Shown here in pieces: positions 51,591-64,000 of a stretch of 64,000 bases of DNA. The stretch comes from Obrimoposthia wandeli. Its lineage: Eukaryota. The position numbers and the translations under genes are program-made. Location: contig CDROCS010000152.1 of the NCBI GenBank assembly GCA_977020255.1, forward strand, positions 310,001-374,000. Direction: 5' to 3'. Every line of letters starts with the position of its first letter. Position 1 is the stretch's first letter. The notes under the pieces were generated by a model. It had not been told where the DNA came from and searched no databases. It saw nothing but the letters and a program-made list of their open reading frames with translations.

Positions 51591-54032
51591 TGAAAGATAT
51601 GAAACTGTTTCAGAGTTATAAATAATTGCTTTTCAGTGTTTTAGTGTTTGTCTATCTATGAATAACACTATGAAAGAAGGTACTAAAGCTCGAGAATTTG
51701 GGTTTTTATAAGTTTATTTGTATTTTACAAGTCTTAATTTTTCATTGAAAAATTGAAAAATTGCCAACAAATTATTGTACCATCATATTTAGATTTTTAT
51801 TAATAAAATCATTGAAACCGTAAAAATATTACACGGATTTTGGACAATGGTTATAAAATTTAAATTAACATATTAAAAAGTCATCATTCAGTTTAATAAA
51901 ATATGTTGAATGGAAACTTATCGATGTCCTCCACTGTGACTTTGTTGGATGTTTCTTTATAAAATATTTTACAATTTTCTTTCATTTATAATTAATTCAT
52001 TCTCAAACATTTACTTAACCAAGCTATTTTTAAACGTACAGCTTCTTTCAGTGACATTTTAAAGAATTAAGTACGAGTGGATTTTGAATATCAGGTTTAG
52101 ATGATTTAGTACTTTGTGTAATGAATATGGTTGTTAGTTTTGACAAGTATTTTTGTATTTGGGATATTTCCCCCAGTTCTTAATTGTTGTTCTGTTTATT
52201 TGTAAAACCACAGTCAGATTTGAGTCAAGTACACATCCAATCTATTTTACAATGTTAAAAATTCAATTAACTGTTCGCCGACTTCGATACCTGATCTAAT
52301 GGCCTTAAGGTTGTCGTTTAAAATATATCTATATAAATTACATATTTTAAACCATCAGAACTGCAAATGTCGTCGATGAATCTTAAAACCGTCGTATCTC
52401 CATTAAATTAATAAAATAGCAGTACTTTATAAGTTTTTAAATATTTTTGTAACGAACTATAGCTAAAAATAATTTAATAACGGGAGAGTACAAATAACTT
52501 ATAATATATTGATGCTTTATTAATTTAAGGGAGATATGAAGATTTTTGGAATCAATGCGATAGGTTATAAGAATTTGGTTAGAAAATTTAAATCTATGTA
52601 TTTTACGGGAGTAAAATAAGAAACAAAGTAACCATTAAGTTTAAGAATATTTCTATATAGTCGAATGTAAACTGTAATTGTTTAAATAGTCGATGAACTT
52701 TTATGGAGAACCAATAATGTTTTGCTGGGGACTTTTGTATTCATCGAACTTGAAGAGGATGCAATTCGGAATAGTATACCAAGTTAAAATAATTAAATTG
52801 CTTTAAGAATGCCAAGAAAGATTCTTTGTAATAATTTAAGAAATCACTTCTATCAACTATGAGGCTCCAAAATCGAATATTTGATCAGAAAAGATTGGTT
52901 ACATTGATATTCGGGAGACGGAAAAGTCAACCGGATATTGTAACTTTATTGACTGGGCATTGGGAAACTGCTAAAATAAATGATGATGAGTGACATACTG
53001 GCCAGTCTTTGCATTGTACAGAGAAAATCGTTATGTTTTGTTGTTGTATTTGATCTTAATTTCGATCCATTTTTTCCATAAATAATTTAAATTTAGATTA
53101 AAAAATATTTTAGTTGACAAGGTCAGCATTGAAACACCTAATGTGCCTAATACATCGCAAAAAACCCAACAAAAAAATCACTGTTCCATATTTACTAGCC
53201 ATTGTTTTTTATCATATTTTTTATTCTTAGAAAGCAAACTAATAATATCGTTTAATCATATGTTTTTTAAGATGTTTCCATTTTCGTAAAATTTGCTGAT
53301 ATTTGGTTATGCAAAAAAGTAACCATTATTAATAGTTTTAACTAAATTCCAATTAACATCATCAATAAATATATGTAGAATAGATCTTTTTCTGCAACCA
53401 CAGACCAAAAAAATCAAGTAATATAGTTTTCATGTAATCAAACTGATAAGTTATCGATACAAAAATACTGTAATTTAATCAATTTTTTCAATTTTGTCTC
53501 AGATTTAGCAGTTCTGAATGGTAAAATTGATATCTTATAAATATTCACCTTTATTTAAAGTTGAGGATTTCACTAGTCAGTGGAGATTATTCTCTGGTAA
53601 ACATTGTAGTTAATAAATTACAATACCATTGTTTACTAAAATCCAATGATATTAGGATATTATGGGATACATGTATTTTATTTTTAATACGGCGATAGCA
53701 GAAAAAGTGTTTTCAATCATAATTGGCATGATGTCAGCTAAATCTGTTAAACAGAGCTTGGAACAAGTTCTGCATTTATTTGGAGGATAATAATACTGAG
53801 GATAATTTGTCGGCAGAATTTGCACAAAACGAAAAGAAATAGTGCGAGTTCTAACTAAAATTTTACTCAATGCTCAATACTTTCTAACGTCGACATGTAA
53901 AGGACTTTTTTCACTTACATTAACTAAAATTTGAATCCAAAAAAATTGAAAATATGTCTTTTAAAAGAAGCAAGTTTGCAATGTTGTACGACACTCCAGT
54001 TTCTACTTCTTAACTAACTCTTTTTGATTCAG

Positions 54033-54206
54033 ATCCTTGTACAGTTGGACAAAAAGACGATATATTTCTACAGCCTCAGCTTCAAGTTTGAGACGAAGAA
54101 TCTATTTCTGCGTTTGGCAAAACTCCCTACAGATATCGTTCCCCGTGACAAGATCTACCATGGATCACTGAAGATGCTCCCGACTTTCAGAGGCTGCCTA
54201 CAGAAT
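54033..54206 (+). CDS. Internal exon C of the laminin-G/LNS (neurexin-like) gene
   Basis: CTAAC branch motif and pyrimidine tract, ttcag|ATC...AAT|gtaagt, 174 bp, phase 0/0. Encodes ILVQLDKKTIYF...LFLRLAKLP...PTFRGCLQN, with the LNS C-terminal FxGCL motif. Confidence 0.9.
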
Positions 54207-57200
54207 GTAAGTTTTGTTTAGAATGTAATTCTGCATCTTCCATACCAATTAAAATGTCTACAATATCTGTACCACATGGAATTATTACTTTTAAGCAATG
54301 TGTAAAATTTCTTTGCTTTTACTTCTTTATTTGAAATTAAATATGAGCAGTAAATTGCGGATTTCTTGAATTTTTAATACTAAAATAATTAAAATAATCA
54401 AATATTCTCGAATTTACAGGCAGATTGATTACAGTTAGTTTTAAGTCTACCTATGCATTGTTTTCTGAAATGTTCATTCAGAATCGAATTGTATCTACTA
54501 AAAGGCATTGAAAGTTTCAAAATTTGTATTCTTCATTGTACTATCACACTAAAAACAAACTTTTACACGTCATCAAACAAAACAAATATACAGTACTGAA
54601 TCAAAATTCACAAAATCAGATATACAATCAGCACTTAGTCATCAACTGTCACTTTCATGTTTTTTCATCTCTTGAAAATGTTTTGTTTGGAGATTTCTTT
54701 TTATTGCAGAAGATCAAAAAAAAGCTCTAAATATAGAATTTTAAACTAAATAATTAAAATTTTAAAAATAATTTCATTTTTAAATATAACATTGCATTAA
54801 AGAAAATTTGATTTTAATAACAAGGTTTAGATAATTTTATCTACAAAATCAAAATTGCACTTTATTACACTGATTAAAATTTAATTTTTCTAATTTAAAT
54901 GTGATCTAATTACAAAAAAAACGTTCTTTTTTAAATTCCACCTCATTGCAATTTTGAGATATCACCATGGTTACAATCAAAATTTAATAACGATTCGACC
55001 TACAAATGAAACATTTAATAATTAGGTACGATCTGTTAGGAGCCACGTAATGGTAGTATTGGCTTCTAATATATTACCTTGTTGCAAACGTGAGTCATGT
55101 ACTTACGTAACTCATTAATAAAGGTTATCTAAACAACGGCATTTCATTATCTGTATCTGTAATACTATTTTTCCTGATAATCTAATGTACCTCCGCAATT
55201 GATAATATGTCAAATAAAGATAAAAATATCCAAACAGTCAGAAGAACTATTCCTAAATAACTTATTTTGATTATGGGGAAATTTTCATTTTGTACTATGT
55301 AATTAAAATATTATATTAATGAAATTACATGAATATTTTAATATATTGAACAAATACAATCTAATACATCAAAATATTTCAGAAGGAGCTCAGTTGACCA
55401 AACCAATGTGTATAACACGTAATCTTTGTATATTTAGTTTTTAGGAGCCACTTGTAGAATATTCAATGAATTCATCTTGTAACTAAATATGAAGTTAGCT
55501 TTACTATTATAAAACAAAGAAATATAATGAAGCCAAAATCATCAAAGGGTACGTTTCTAAAAATAACTTCTTTCACGTATGATGTTGTAGATCAGAGATT
55601 TCGGTTTTACAGCCTCGTGAGAACACAAAACTGAGTGACATAATATGTTCTCTAAACCCCCGTGGTGATATGTTCCTTTCTCTCAAAATTAATTGCAATA
55701 TAGTTATTATAATTCAATTTAATATATCACATCCCTGTCAATAACAGTCAATTATTAGAATAATCACTTTCTTATATTATATCGCTTGGAACTAAATATT
55801 AATATTAGTAAACTAACAAGTAAGGCAATCAACAACAAAATAATTAAACAAAAAATATTGATTAAGTTTTTTATTTATCGTACACATTTAAAATCGATCA
55901 ATTTGATAATTATTTCATTGATTCTACTTTAAACCCATTCCTGGCTGAAATTCACAATTCCAGCTTGTAATTTCTGTCGCAAATTTATACTGAACTGTGT
56001 GTTTAATTTCGATATTGTGTGGTGTGCAGGTTTTCGTTTGTGATACCAACATTTCTGGCCAATAAAAAATCGATTAACTTTTAAAATTATTAAAATTAAT
56101 AAAATTGTTTACATTAATTGTAAAAATAAACTAGGGAAAAGTAATTACATAATAAATGACAAATTTTGTGTACTTTTGTAATCTATTTATGCGCTTTCTG
56201 AATAATGGGTAGCAAGAAGCGATTGTATGATACATTTCAGTCACCTTTGAAATTCTGAGTCGAAGATTTGTCACTTGGTATAGCCGTGTATAAATTCGTC
56301 ACTTTCGACCAAATATTTTAACCCAGGTGGTTAGAACTACGGAATTTACCGACACCTTCGTAACAAACCAGTAAAAATATATAATTACAGACATTTTATT
56401 CTTTAATACACCGCAAGCATTTACAAGTCGATTTCGTCTTCTTCACAACCATAAAACAGTCTTCTTCGGTTTCCGAATGAAACATTGATATTCTTCATCG
56501 CTGGAATTTTCACTATATAGTAAGATTCTATATGTGAATACTTCAATATATCTGTGTAGAATAATAACAATTAAGTTAAGCTATTGTTTCTTGGTAATAT
56601 ATTTTGCGATGATAAATTCTATTAACAATTGAAATTGGACATTTAAAATTCAATGATAACTTTTCGATCTAAAATTTGATTTTATGGTTTCATAAAAAAG
56701 AAAGAATTTTTTATCCATTATGCCTTTTAATTGCTAAGCATTCAGACGAATTTCTTGTCCTCTTTGATGTTGTGTCTGGAGAATTTTATTTCGACCACGA
56801 TTAATTTGTTTCAATTTCTTTGAAGTAGATAAGTGTGATGCAATTCAACTTTTGATTCCAGCTTCAAGTTTCCGTTTTAGAAATTCCCAATTTCTTTTGA
56901 TTTAATCGGAATATCGAGTGGCTTATTTGGATATTCTAACAAAATGAGGTAAGATATTTTTTCTCTTTTTTGTCGCAGACTATCTAGAACCAAATTTCAA
57001 TACTATCTAGCTCACATCCCGTAACATGGTGCGACAGTTAACAGTCGTTTTTTTTTTCTTTACACAGTTTACGATGTAGTAGACTGTTCTAGGAAAAGCA
57101 ATTCATGAAATGTGTCGACTTTTATATATCTGGGTCTAAAAAAGGGAAATTTTATTAGTAGACATATAAACTTTTTTTATTTTTGAAATTCAATTTTTTT

Positions 57201-57363
57201 CATATAAATTATTTATATTTTAATTGCAATGTCCCATTGTAAAACTACTGGAAAAGAGCTCAATTGTGGCGAATTTGCTTAATCAGCAATGAATTCAAAT
57301 ATACCAATAAGAGGCCAATGTTGATTTGTATACTTTTAAGTGATTTTTCATCGCTCACACTTA

Positions 57364-57390
57364 TGTGTGTGTGTGTGTGTGTTTGTGTGT
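57364..57390. repeat. (TG)n microsatellite
   Basis: A run of TG repeats with one interruption is read directly from the sequence. Confidence 0.9.
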
Positions 57391-58695
57391 TTATGAATAT
57401 TTTATAAGGTTTGAATGAAGAAATATGAAATATTGTCATAATTAAGGTGGCATCATCGTAGTTATACCACGACATAGAATGTCAGTTAGCAGAAGCCGAG
57501 ATGCTTATGAAGATACAATGTTTGGTGCTGAAGCTCGTCCAGCTATGTTTATTGGAGTATATGTATTAGCAGATGTGGCAGTGTCCAAAGATATTGAATT
57601 GGGAGACATTTCAGAATATTAAAGCGAACTTAGTCCCAGATGATGCTATGATGGATGAGGACTATGTTGGTGGGTTATACATTTCTTAGATCCTTAGATG
57701 ACATATCCAACAAAAGATTATCCACGCAAAAATACAAACCCTCCAATGACATTTTCCAAATGGCATGAGATAAAACAAAAACAAAGATTTTATAATTCGA
57801 AATTTTTTGCTACGTGTCGTTTCTTCACCACATAAAAATATTATATAGCCAAACACTTATACACAGAAACAAGCAGTTGGTTAAAGTCTGAAGTCTAGGC
57901 CAAGACAAGTTATAAACTCCGAAGAGATTGTACAAGTAGCCACTATTTCTGACGTTATAAAGACAGTTGACAAATATGTAAAGTGACCGTTAATGATAAA
58001 AAAAACATTTATTGACAAACTGAAAGTTATTAAAGGACATATGTTTGTTCGTGGCTATGCCACACTTTTTTTGCATTTTTTGTTTACAGAAATGTTTTCA
58101 CCAAAAAGTAACTCACTAACAGAAACATCCTCTGCTAATTTTCCCTTGATGTAGAAAAAAACAGCTTCTGTTTTGAGTTGGTTAGAGTAATATCTTCACA
58201 TGTATGCAGTAAAAGCTGAAGTTTTTGGTGGTGATCGTTAAAACACAATGTAATAAAAGGCTATTATTACTGGTGACATATTTTTGATGATGAAGCAAAA
58301 TGTTTCAAGTTGGAAGAAGTTCAGTTTCAGGATTTAGGAAGAGTCCAAGAAACTGTTATAAAACGATAATAAGCTGAGATTCAAAGGAGAATTGACAAGA
58401 GAAAGATGAGAAGGTGATGAGTTTTGGTTCCCATCGTTTTAGATGTAAGTAAATAAAATCGTGCAAGTTGTGTAAAAATTTTTGATAGGAGTTTGAGTAA
58501 TATAGTTTGGATAGTGCTGATAAATGTTTGAAGAGCTTGGAAACAGTATTTGAATCAGAGACTAGACTAGAAATGAGAGTAAGTGTGAGCCGAATTGGGC
58601 TATTGATTGGAAAGAAATATGGTCTATTTGAAAGAGGAAAGCGGATAAAATAGAAGTAATATCGAGAACAGCAATGAATGCACAAAAGAAAAAGT

Positions 58696-58892
58696 AAGAC
58701 GATCACTTTAGAGGTCAAGTCAAATGATTATGTTGAAGATATCCGAGCAAATATTTATGACAGGGAAGATATTCCATCAGATAAACATAGACTTAATTTC
58801 GAAGGTAGGGTATTACAAGATGATCATGTGTGGACAAAATACGCAATCAAGAGAGTAAGCAACATCTATTTGGGTTGCAATTGAAAAGAGGA
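58696..58892 (+). pseudogene. Ubiquitin pseudogene / degenerate ubiquitin-like domain
   Basis: KTITLEVKSNDYVEDIRANIYDREDIPSDKHRLNFEGRVLQDDHVWTKYAIKRVSNIYL aligns without gaps to ubiquitin from K11 ([43 protein letters not shown]). A 1-nt deletion hides LQLKRG (cf. LRLRGG); residues 1-10 are not recognisable. Confidence 0.85.
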
Positions 58893-59379
58893 CTCAAGAT
58901 AAGGAGTTAATGAAAGGAATTCTGAGAAAGTGTTTATTAACAACGCAACTCAAGAGAAGGCGTACTTTAGCAATTCGTACATTTGGGAGATAAATAAGTT
59001 ATGATGACGATTGCGCAAAGGTAGAGGAAGAGCTAATTGGATTATGATGAAATGACTGCGGTAGGAATGAACAATGTAATAATGCATGTAAGAAAAACAG
59101 TACGATCGGGTTTGTGACGATTTTAAAAGTTGTAAAACAATCCTAAATTTAATCAAAAAATGTTTTTAAGTCTTTCAAACTGTGTTTTGGTGATTTTTTT
59201 CTGGTAATCATGAGGTGACGAATGATTTTTTTCTAATCAAGAAGTGCATATGTAAAATGATATTCAATTATTTTAACAGTTTGTTTATTAGTTTTATGAT
59301 TTTTTTTAAATCTTAAAATAAGATATGAAGAAAAAATTGCTCATTATCTGCATCTTCTCTGAAAGATGAGTTGCACTTT

Positions 59380-59720
59380 CAAAATTGATCGCAGAGAATC
59401 TTGTGATTTTAAATTAATCCTCGAAACATGATACGACAAAGGAACTATCTTTCCTCTCATTTGTGTGTTCATTTACATCACTAGATTCATGGAAAAATCA
59501 CCATAATTATTATTGAAAAAATTTCCTTTGATTTTCTTTTCATTAGATTTTTTAAAATATGTATGTTAACTTTCAATATTACATTTCGACCAAATTCAAG
59601 CTGATTGTCTAAAAATATATCAACCAATAACCATCGCTCTTCATAATGCTTCTTGAATGGGAAAGTCTTCAGCAAGCCTTAAGAGTTTTTTATTTTTATT
59701 TATCAGAGTCATGTAATTTG
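59380..59720 (-). mobile_element. Possible pogo/Tigger N-terminal remnant
   Basis: LRLAEDF, ERWL and HESSDVNEHTNE (cf. GESxxVNxxTVxEW). Confidence 0.35.
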
Positions 59721-62269
59721 AATTTTCCTTCAATATTAATATATGCTTTTCTAAATAATATTGACTTTAATTGATAATCAATGCATTTTTAATAGATTTA
59801 GTGTTTTTCTATCTATTTTCTTTAGTCGAAATACTAATCTTGCAGCTTTATTAAGGTATCTTTTATGATGACTTGTTGAATTCTATATATTTGAGTACAT
59901 TATTTTTATATGACCTATTTCATTAAATGCTTAACCAGTTACCCTTCTGCCTATTTTAATATATTCTATGTCCTTCTGCTTCTTTCATGTATACAATTTT
60001 ACAATACTTCCGATCTAGAGTTATATATTACTCTGTTTTGATATTTTGCAGATATCTAAGTTTACATTTTTTGCTTCCAAAATAATTTTTTGCTTAATAA
60101 AGAATATTGTTTGAGGGACCATTAAATTGGTAAAACATAGATTCTTTATTGATCATTACATTAACTTTCAAATTCAAAACTTTCCATAACAACTTCTTCA
60201 AATGACCAAGGTCACTTTTAACTCTTTTAAACAATTCCAAACTTTTAACATATTAAAAACTTTTATATATACCTTCATAGCTACTTTCATTACCCACCCT
60301 CACCGTCATCCTAATTATTACTATTTAATTTATTTTATTAATAATAATAAATTCTTCAACAAATATCAACAAGTTAAATGCTATTAAATCAATATTGATC
60401 GGATTTGTAGTTAACTCAATTCTTACTATGGTTTTACAAATAAACAATACAGTAAATATATGCAATTATGAACTGAAGAAAATACTTAACAATATAAATT
60501 ACACAAATTATTTTATCATCAAAACTAGATTTTCAAAATTCGTTCGTATACAATGCTACAGAATGACTGTTTTTAAATTCTATAAATGATTTATAACAGA
60601 GCAGCACTTTGAAATTAAAGAAATATGGAAAGTATAAATATTCAACTAAAAGATTATCTGTTAAAGAAATAATAAATTATAAAATAATGTCAATTGTACA
60701 ATAAGTATTTATTAAAGAAACCGCCGAGTATAAGAGAGAGACTGTGATAAGAATCAAATTGAGATGACTTTTTTAGCATTTGTCCTAAACCTTTTGTATA
60801 ACTCACTGCTCATAGAAATTCGTGAACAATCCAATATACAAAACTTCAAGAGGCATATAACATCTATTTTTGTTGATATATGGAGAAATAATGGCTGATC
60901 GTAATGATCATTAAGCTAGAGATCAAAATTTTAAAAGTCCTCTTATTGCTAAAAAATCAACAATTTGTTTTATTTTTATTTTTCTTCAAGCTTTTTGTCG
61001 TTACTTTTAAACGTGACAATATTTAAAGTAGTATATGTCAAAAAACTAAGAAGTATATGCTTATTTATGTTATTCGAAAATTTGATTCTAAAAGTTTGTT
61101 AAATAAATAAACGTTACAAAACTTAATTAAAAATATTATTATATTATTAACTCTATATTCATTCATGTGAAAAATAGCATAACTTATTCATTAATATAAC
61201 CTATATACATAATTGTAGAACATATTTATTTTAAATTCAGTTTCGTGTGAAATTTTGAATATTTAAGAAAATATAAAAGAAATCAAATTGAGGGTTTATT
61301 ACAAAATTCCTCAGTTTTATAGATATATAGCAGCAGAGAAGGAAAAAATATCTTAAAATTATTTAGCGTTATTTAAAATTGATTAATCAGGTTAATTCCC
61401 TTTGTTTACTTAAATAGAATAATTACTAAAGAAAATGTGTTGAATTCTAGAGAAAAATAACTAAAAATCAAGCGGCAAATTTAAAATTCACAAAGACTTG
61501 ATTATTATTTCAGTTAGAAATATCATTTATTTCATGTTTACACCAAAATATATGCACAAACATTAATTATGCACTAAAATATTTATTGATTTTAATATTT
61601 TCTGTTTGTATTCACAATATAAATAATTAAATGTCATTTTCTTCTGTGAGAGTCACTTGCAACAAAATGGAAAAAAGTGAGAGAGTAAAAATACAGAGAA
61701 AACTGGTGATAAATTTTGTCAGTAATTTTTTCTCCTGAAAATCAACTTACAATTCTCAGCCAATTTGAATTTCCAGTTCACACTTTTTCAGCTTGACGTT
61801 GTCTTGGTAACATGGCTGTGCATATCGACAACTACAACAGGCTGGGAGAAAAACGTAGTAGACGGCAGAAGTATAAATAGGGAAGGGGAGATAGCAGATT
61901 AATTTATACAATTCTAAAATTGATTGCTACAAAATATAATTTATCTAGTTTCACGTTTTAATAAAAATAAAAGCTTCAAGTCAATGATCAATCGTCAGAA
62001 ATGATTGAAACAAACATTTTCTCTTTTCATTTAGAAAATTAAAAGGACTTTACAAATTAATTTTTTTAATACTATTAATTTTGAGCACGGACATAGTACT
62101 CAACATATTGTATATTATTTTGTAAAATGTTTTATTTGTAAACTGTCATACTGATAATAAAACCGTCAGAATTATATTCAGATGAAATAAAAGAGCTAGT
62201 ACAATTCAACATTTAATGAAGCTCCATTGACTACCGATCAATGTCAAAATAAATCTGTCATAAAATCCC

Positions 62270-63008
62270 AAATATTTATTTGATCTTTTCGAGCCTTCTC
62301 CAAACTCAGAGATTCCTTGTTCACCGATGGCCACCCAAAAAGTTACCTTCTTTTCATATTTTTTAGCGTCAGAGAATCTGAGATTGTCAGGTACATCACC
62401 ACGAGCAGTAGCATAGTAATAACTATTACCAGGTAGTTTATCATGTCTGAGTGTAAAATACGACTCGTCATCCATGATAATGAAGGGGAATTTGTCTTTT
62501 CTTAGCTGCGTAAAAGGTTTAGAGGTTCTTTTGTGTTAGACTTCTCTCTGCTTTTCTTTTTTGAATGCATGTACACCATGTTCTTTGCAGATATTTGTCA
62601 CAATAATTTCATACTTTGATGTTACTTCACGCATTGACGAACAGCTTGACTGTATCTCTTTCAACAGATTCTTGACTTTTCTAACATTCACTCAGAAAAA
62701 TTTCGTTCTTTGAAGCGGTTAAGCATACTATAGACAGTTTGTCTAGCAATCATAAGCTCTTTGACGTAGACGACAACTGTATTAAATGATTCATCAGGAT
62801 GAGATAGGTGATATTGTATTATTACATCTCTTCGTTGTTGTTCATATAAATTATCCATTTTACGTTATAAATCGATAAGTTGATTAAAATGATGGGTTAA
62901 AATAATTTTTAAATTATTTATAATTTTTAACGTGTGTCTCAAATTTCAACATGATCTATCTAACTGTCGGATTTTTAACCCATGTACAGATTTCAAGTAT
63001 ACACCCGT
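62270..63008 (-). mobile_element. maT/DD37D-like Tc1/mariner element, copy 2 (5-prime part)
   Basis: IIMDDESYFTLRHDKLPGNSYYY...KKYEKKVTFWVAIGEQGIS, an HTH-like N-terminus (IARQTVYSMLNRFKE) and terminal TA|ACGGGTG at 63008. Confidence 0.8.
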
Positions 63009-64000
63009 TATTACAGATTGGCCATAAGTGAAGAATATGACCTATACAAAGGTATCAATATCATAAATTACAAATATTCCTAATTTTTCATTTATTTAGT
63101 TACAATTGTTAATACTTTTGATGTATGCTACATTTAAAAATGTTAAAAGAATCTTAGAATGTGCTGTTGAGAGAATTATGAGAAGCTTTGATTTACTATG
63201 CTTGTGGAGAACTTTAAAGATTGCAGAAATTCCAAGAATTTGCAGAGATGTCCAACACATGGATAACAAAGATTAATTGTTTCTTTCAAGATTCGAATTT
63301 GGGGTTTGAAATTATTTTTTTAATTCATTACCGAATGTTATAAGATAATAGCCGAGAAGAAATGCAACAAAAACAAGAAATATTTTTTAAAAATCTATAA
63401 ATGAATATGTGGTGTTTGCGCACACACGTTAATCATTCGTGATAATGAAACAGTCCCAGTATCTGTCGGACGATGTGATTGGCTATTCACAATTTGTCAT
63501 AAAATGCAAGTAAAAAGTGATCATTTTTTCCAGGTTTATCTAGAGTGAATTTCATCAAATTTTATTACATTTACAATAATATTGTAATTTTAAAATTGTT
63601 AATAATATGGACAAGTGTATTTAATACAAAATGGTACTTGTTACTCAGAATAAACTCCAACATATCAGAAAAGGATTTTCACATGATTAAATTAAAAGTG
63701 CTAACACCCTAGATAATAATTTGCCGGATGTTTTCAAGAAATATACAGTTCTAATTAATCGCTCCATAATTGAAATGTGTTTCAACTCTAATGTAGTTTT
63801 TATATTGTGAATTAACTTGCAGGAAAATCATATTTTCTCTATTCGCTTCGAAGCTGAAATAAAAAATTGCCTCAAATATAATTTTCTAATGCTCAATACC
63901 ATTAAAACATTATATCGATTTCTTCTTGTAATAAATTGTAAAGCTATTCACGACATAAATATGCTACATATATTGTCTGGACATTTTGTTCTTCATCTTG

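Noticed and set aside
52500-52960. Possible LINE endonuclease trace (IMFAGDF after a frameshift)
   Set aside because: Requires assumed frameshifts and has little supporting context.
61792-61902. Possible next phase-0 exon after exon C (LDVVLVTW...)
   Set aside because: The acceptor is good, but the peptide has no LNS or EGF signature and the donor is ambiguous.
63100-63560. Possible Harbinger-like trace
   Set aside because: Catalytic residues are not recognisable and the motif order is inconsistent.
1-64000. CRISPR arrays, rRNA and tRNA genes, and the remaining 60-120 aa ORFs
   Set aside because: No repeat-spacer array or structured-RNA signature was seen. The short ORFs are mostly low-complexity AT-rich frames or antisense to transposon fragments.

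Overview
This is a very AT-rich stretch of an animal (metazoan) nuclear genome; I cannot determine the species. No rRNA, tRNA, CRISPR array or prokaryotic operon is visible. The organising feature, which the ORF track does not show, is a plus-strand spliced host gene. Three short GC3-rich exons (31838-31978, 43189-43427, 54033-54206) have GT-AG boundaries and compatible phases (1/1, 1/0, 0/0). They join into one complete laminin-G/LNS domain that resembles neurexin LNS2, across introns of 11,210 and 10,605 bp. The only long ORF with an intact recognisable protein is an intronless 356-aa USP-family deubiquitinase on the minus strand (19031-20101). It may be nested in an upstream intron of the LNS gene. 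Most of the remaining recognisable sequence is decayed transposon debris: Tc1/mariner, pogo/Tigger, piggyBac, hAT, PIF/Harbinger, a Crypton-like recombinase, a Polinton-type DNA polymerase B, Gypsy and LINE fragments. There are also two TA-flanked MITEs, a ubiquitin pseudogene and some local duplications. All protein assignments come from manual translation and recalled family motifs; no database search was run. Boundaries of decayed elements are approximate.
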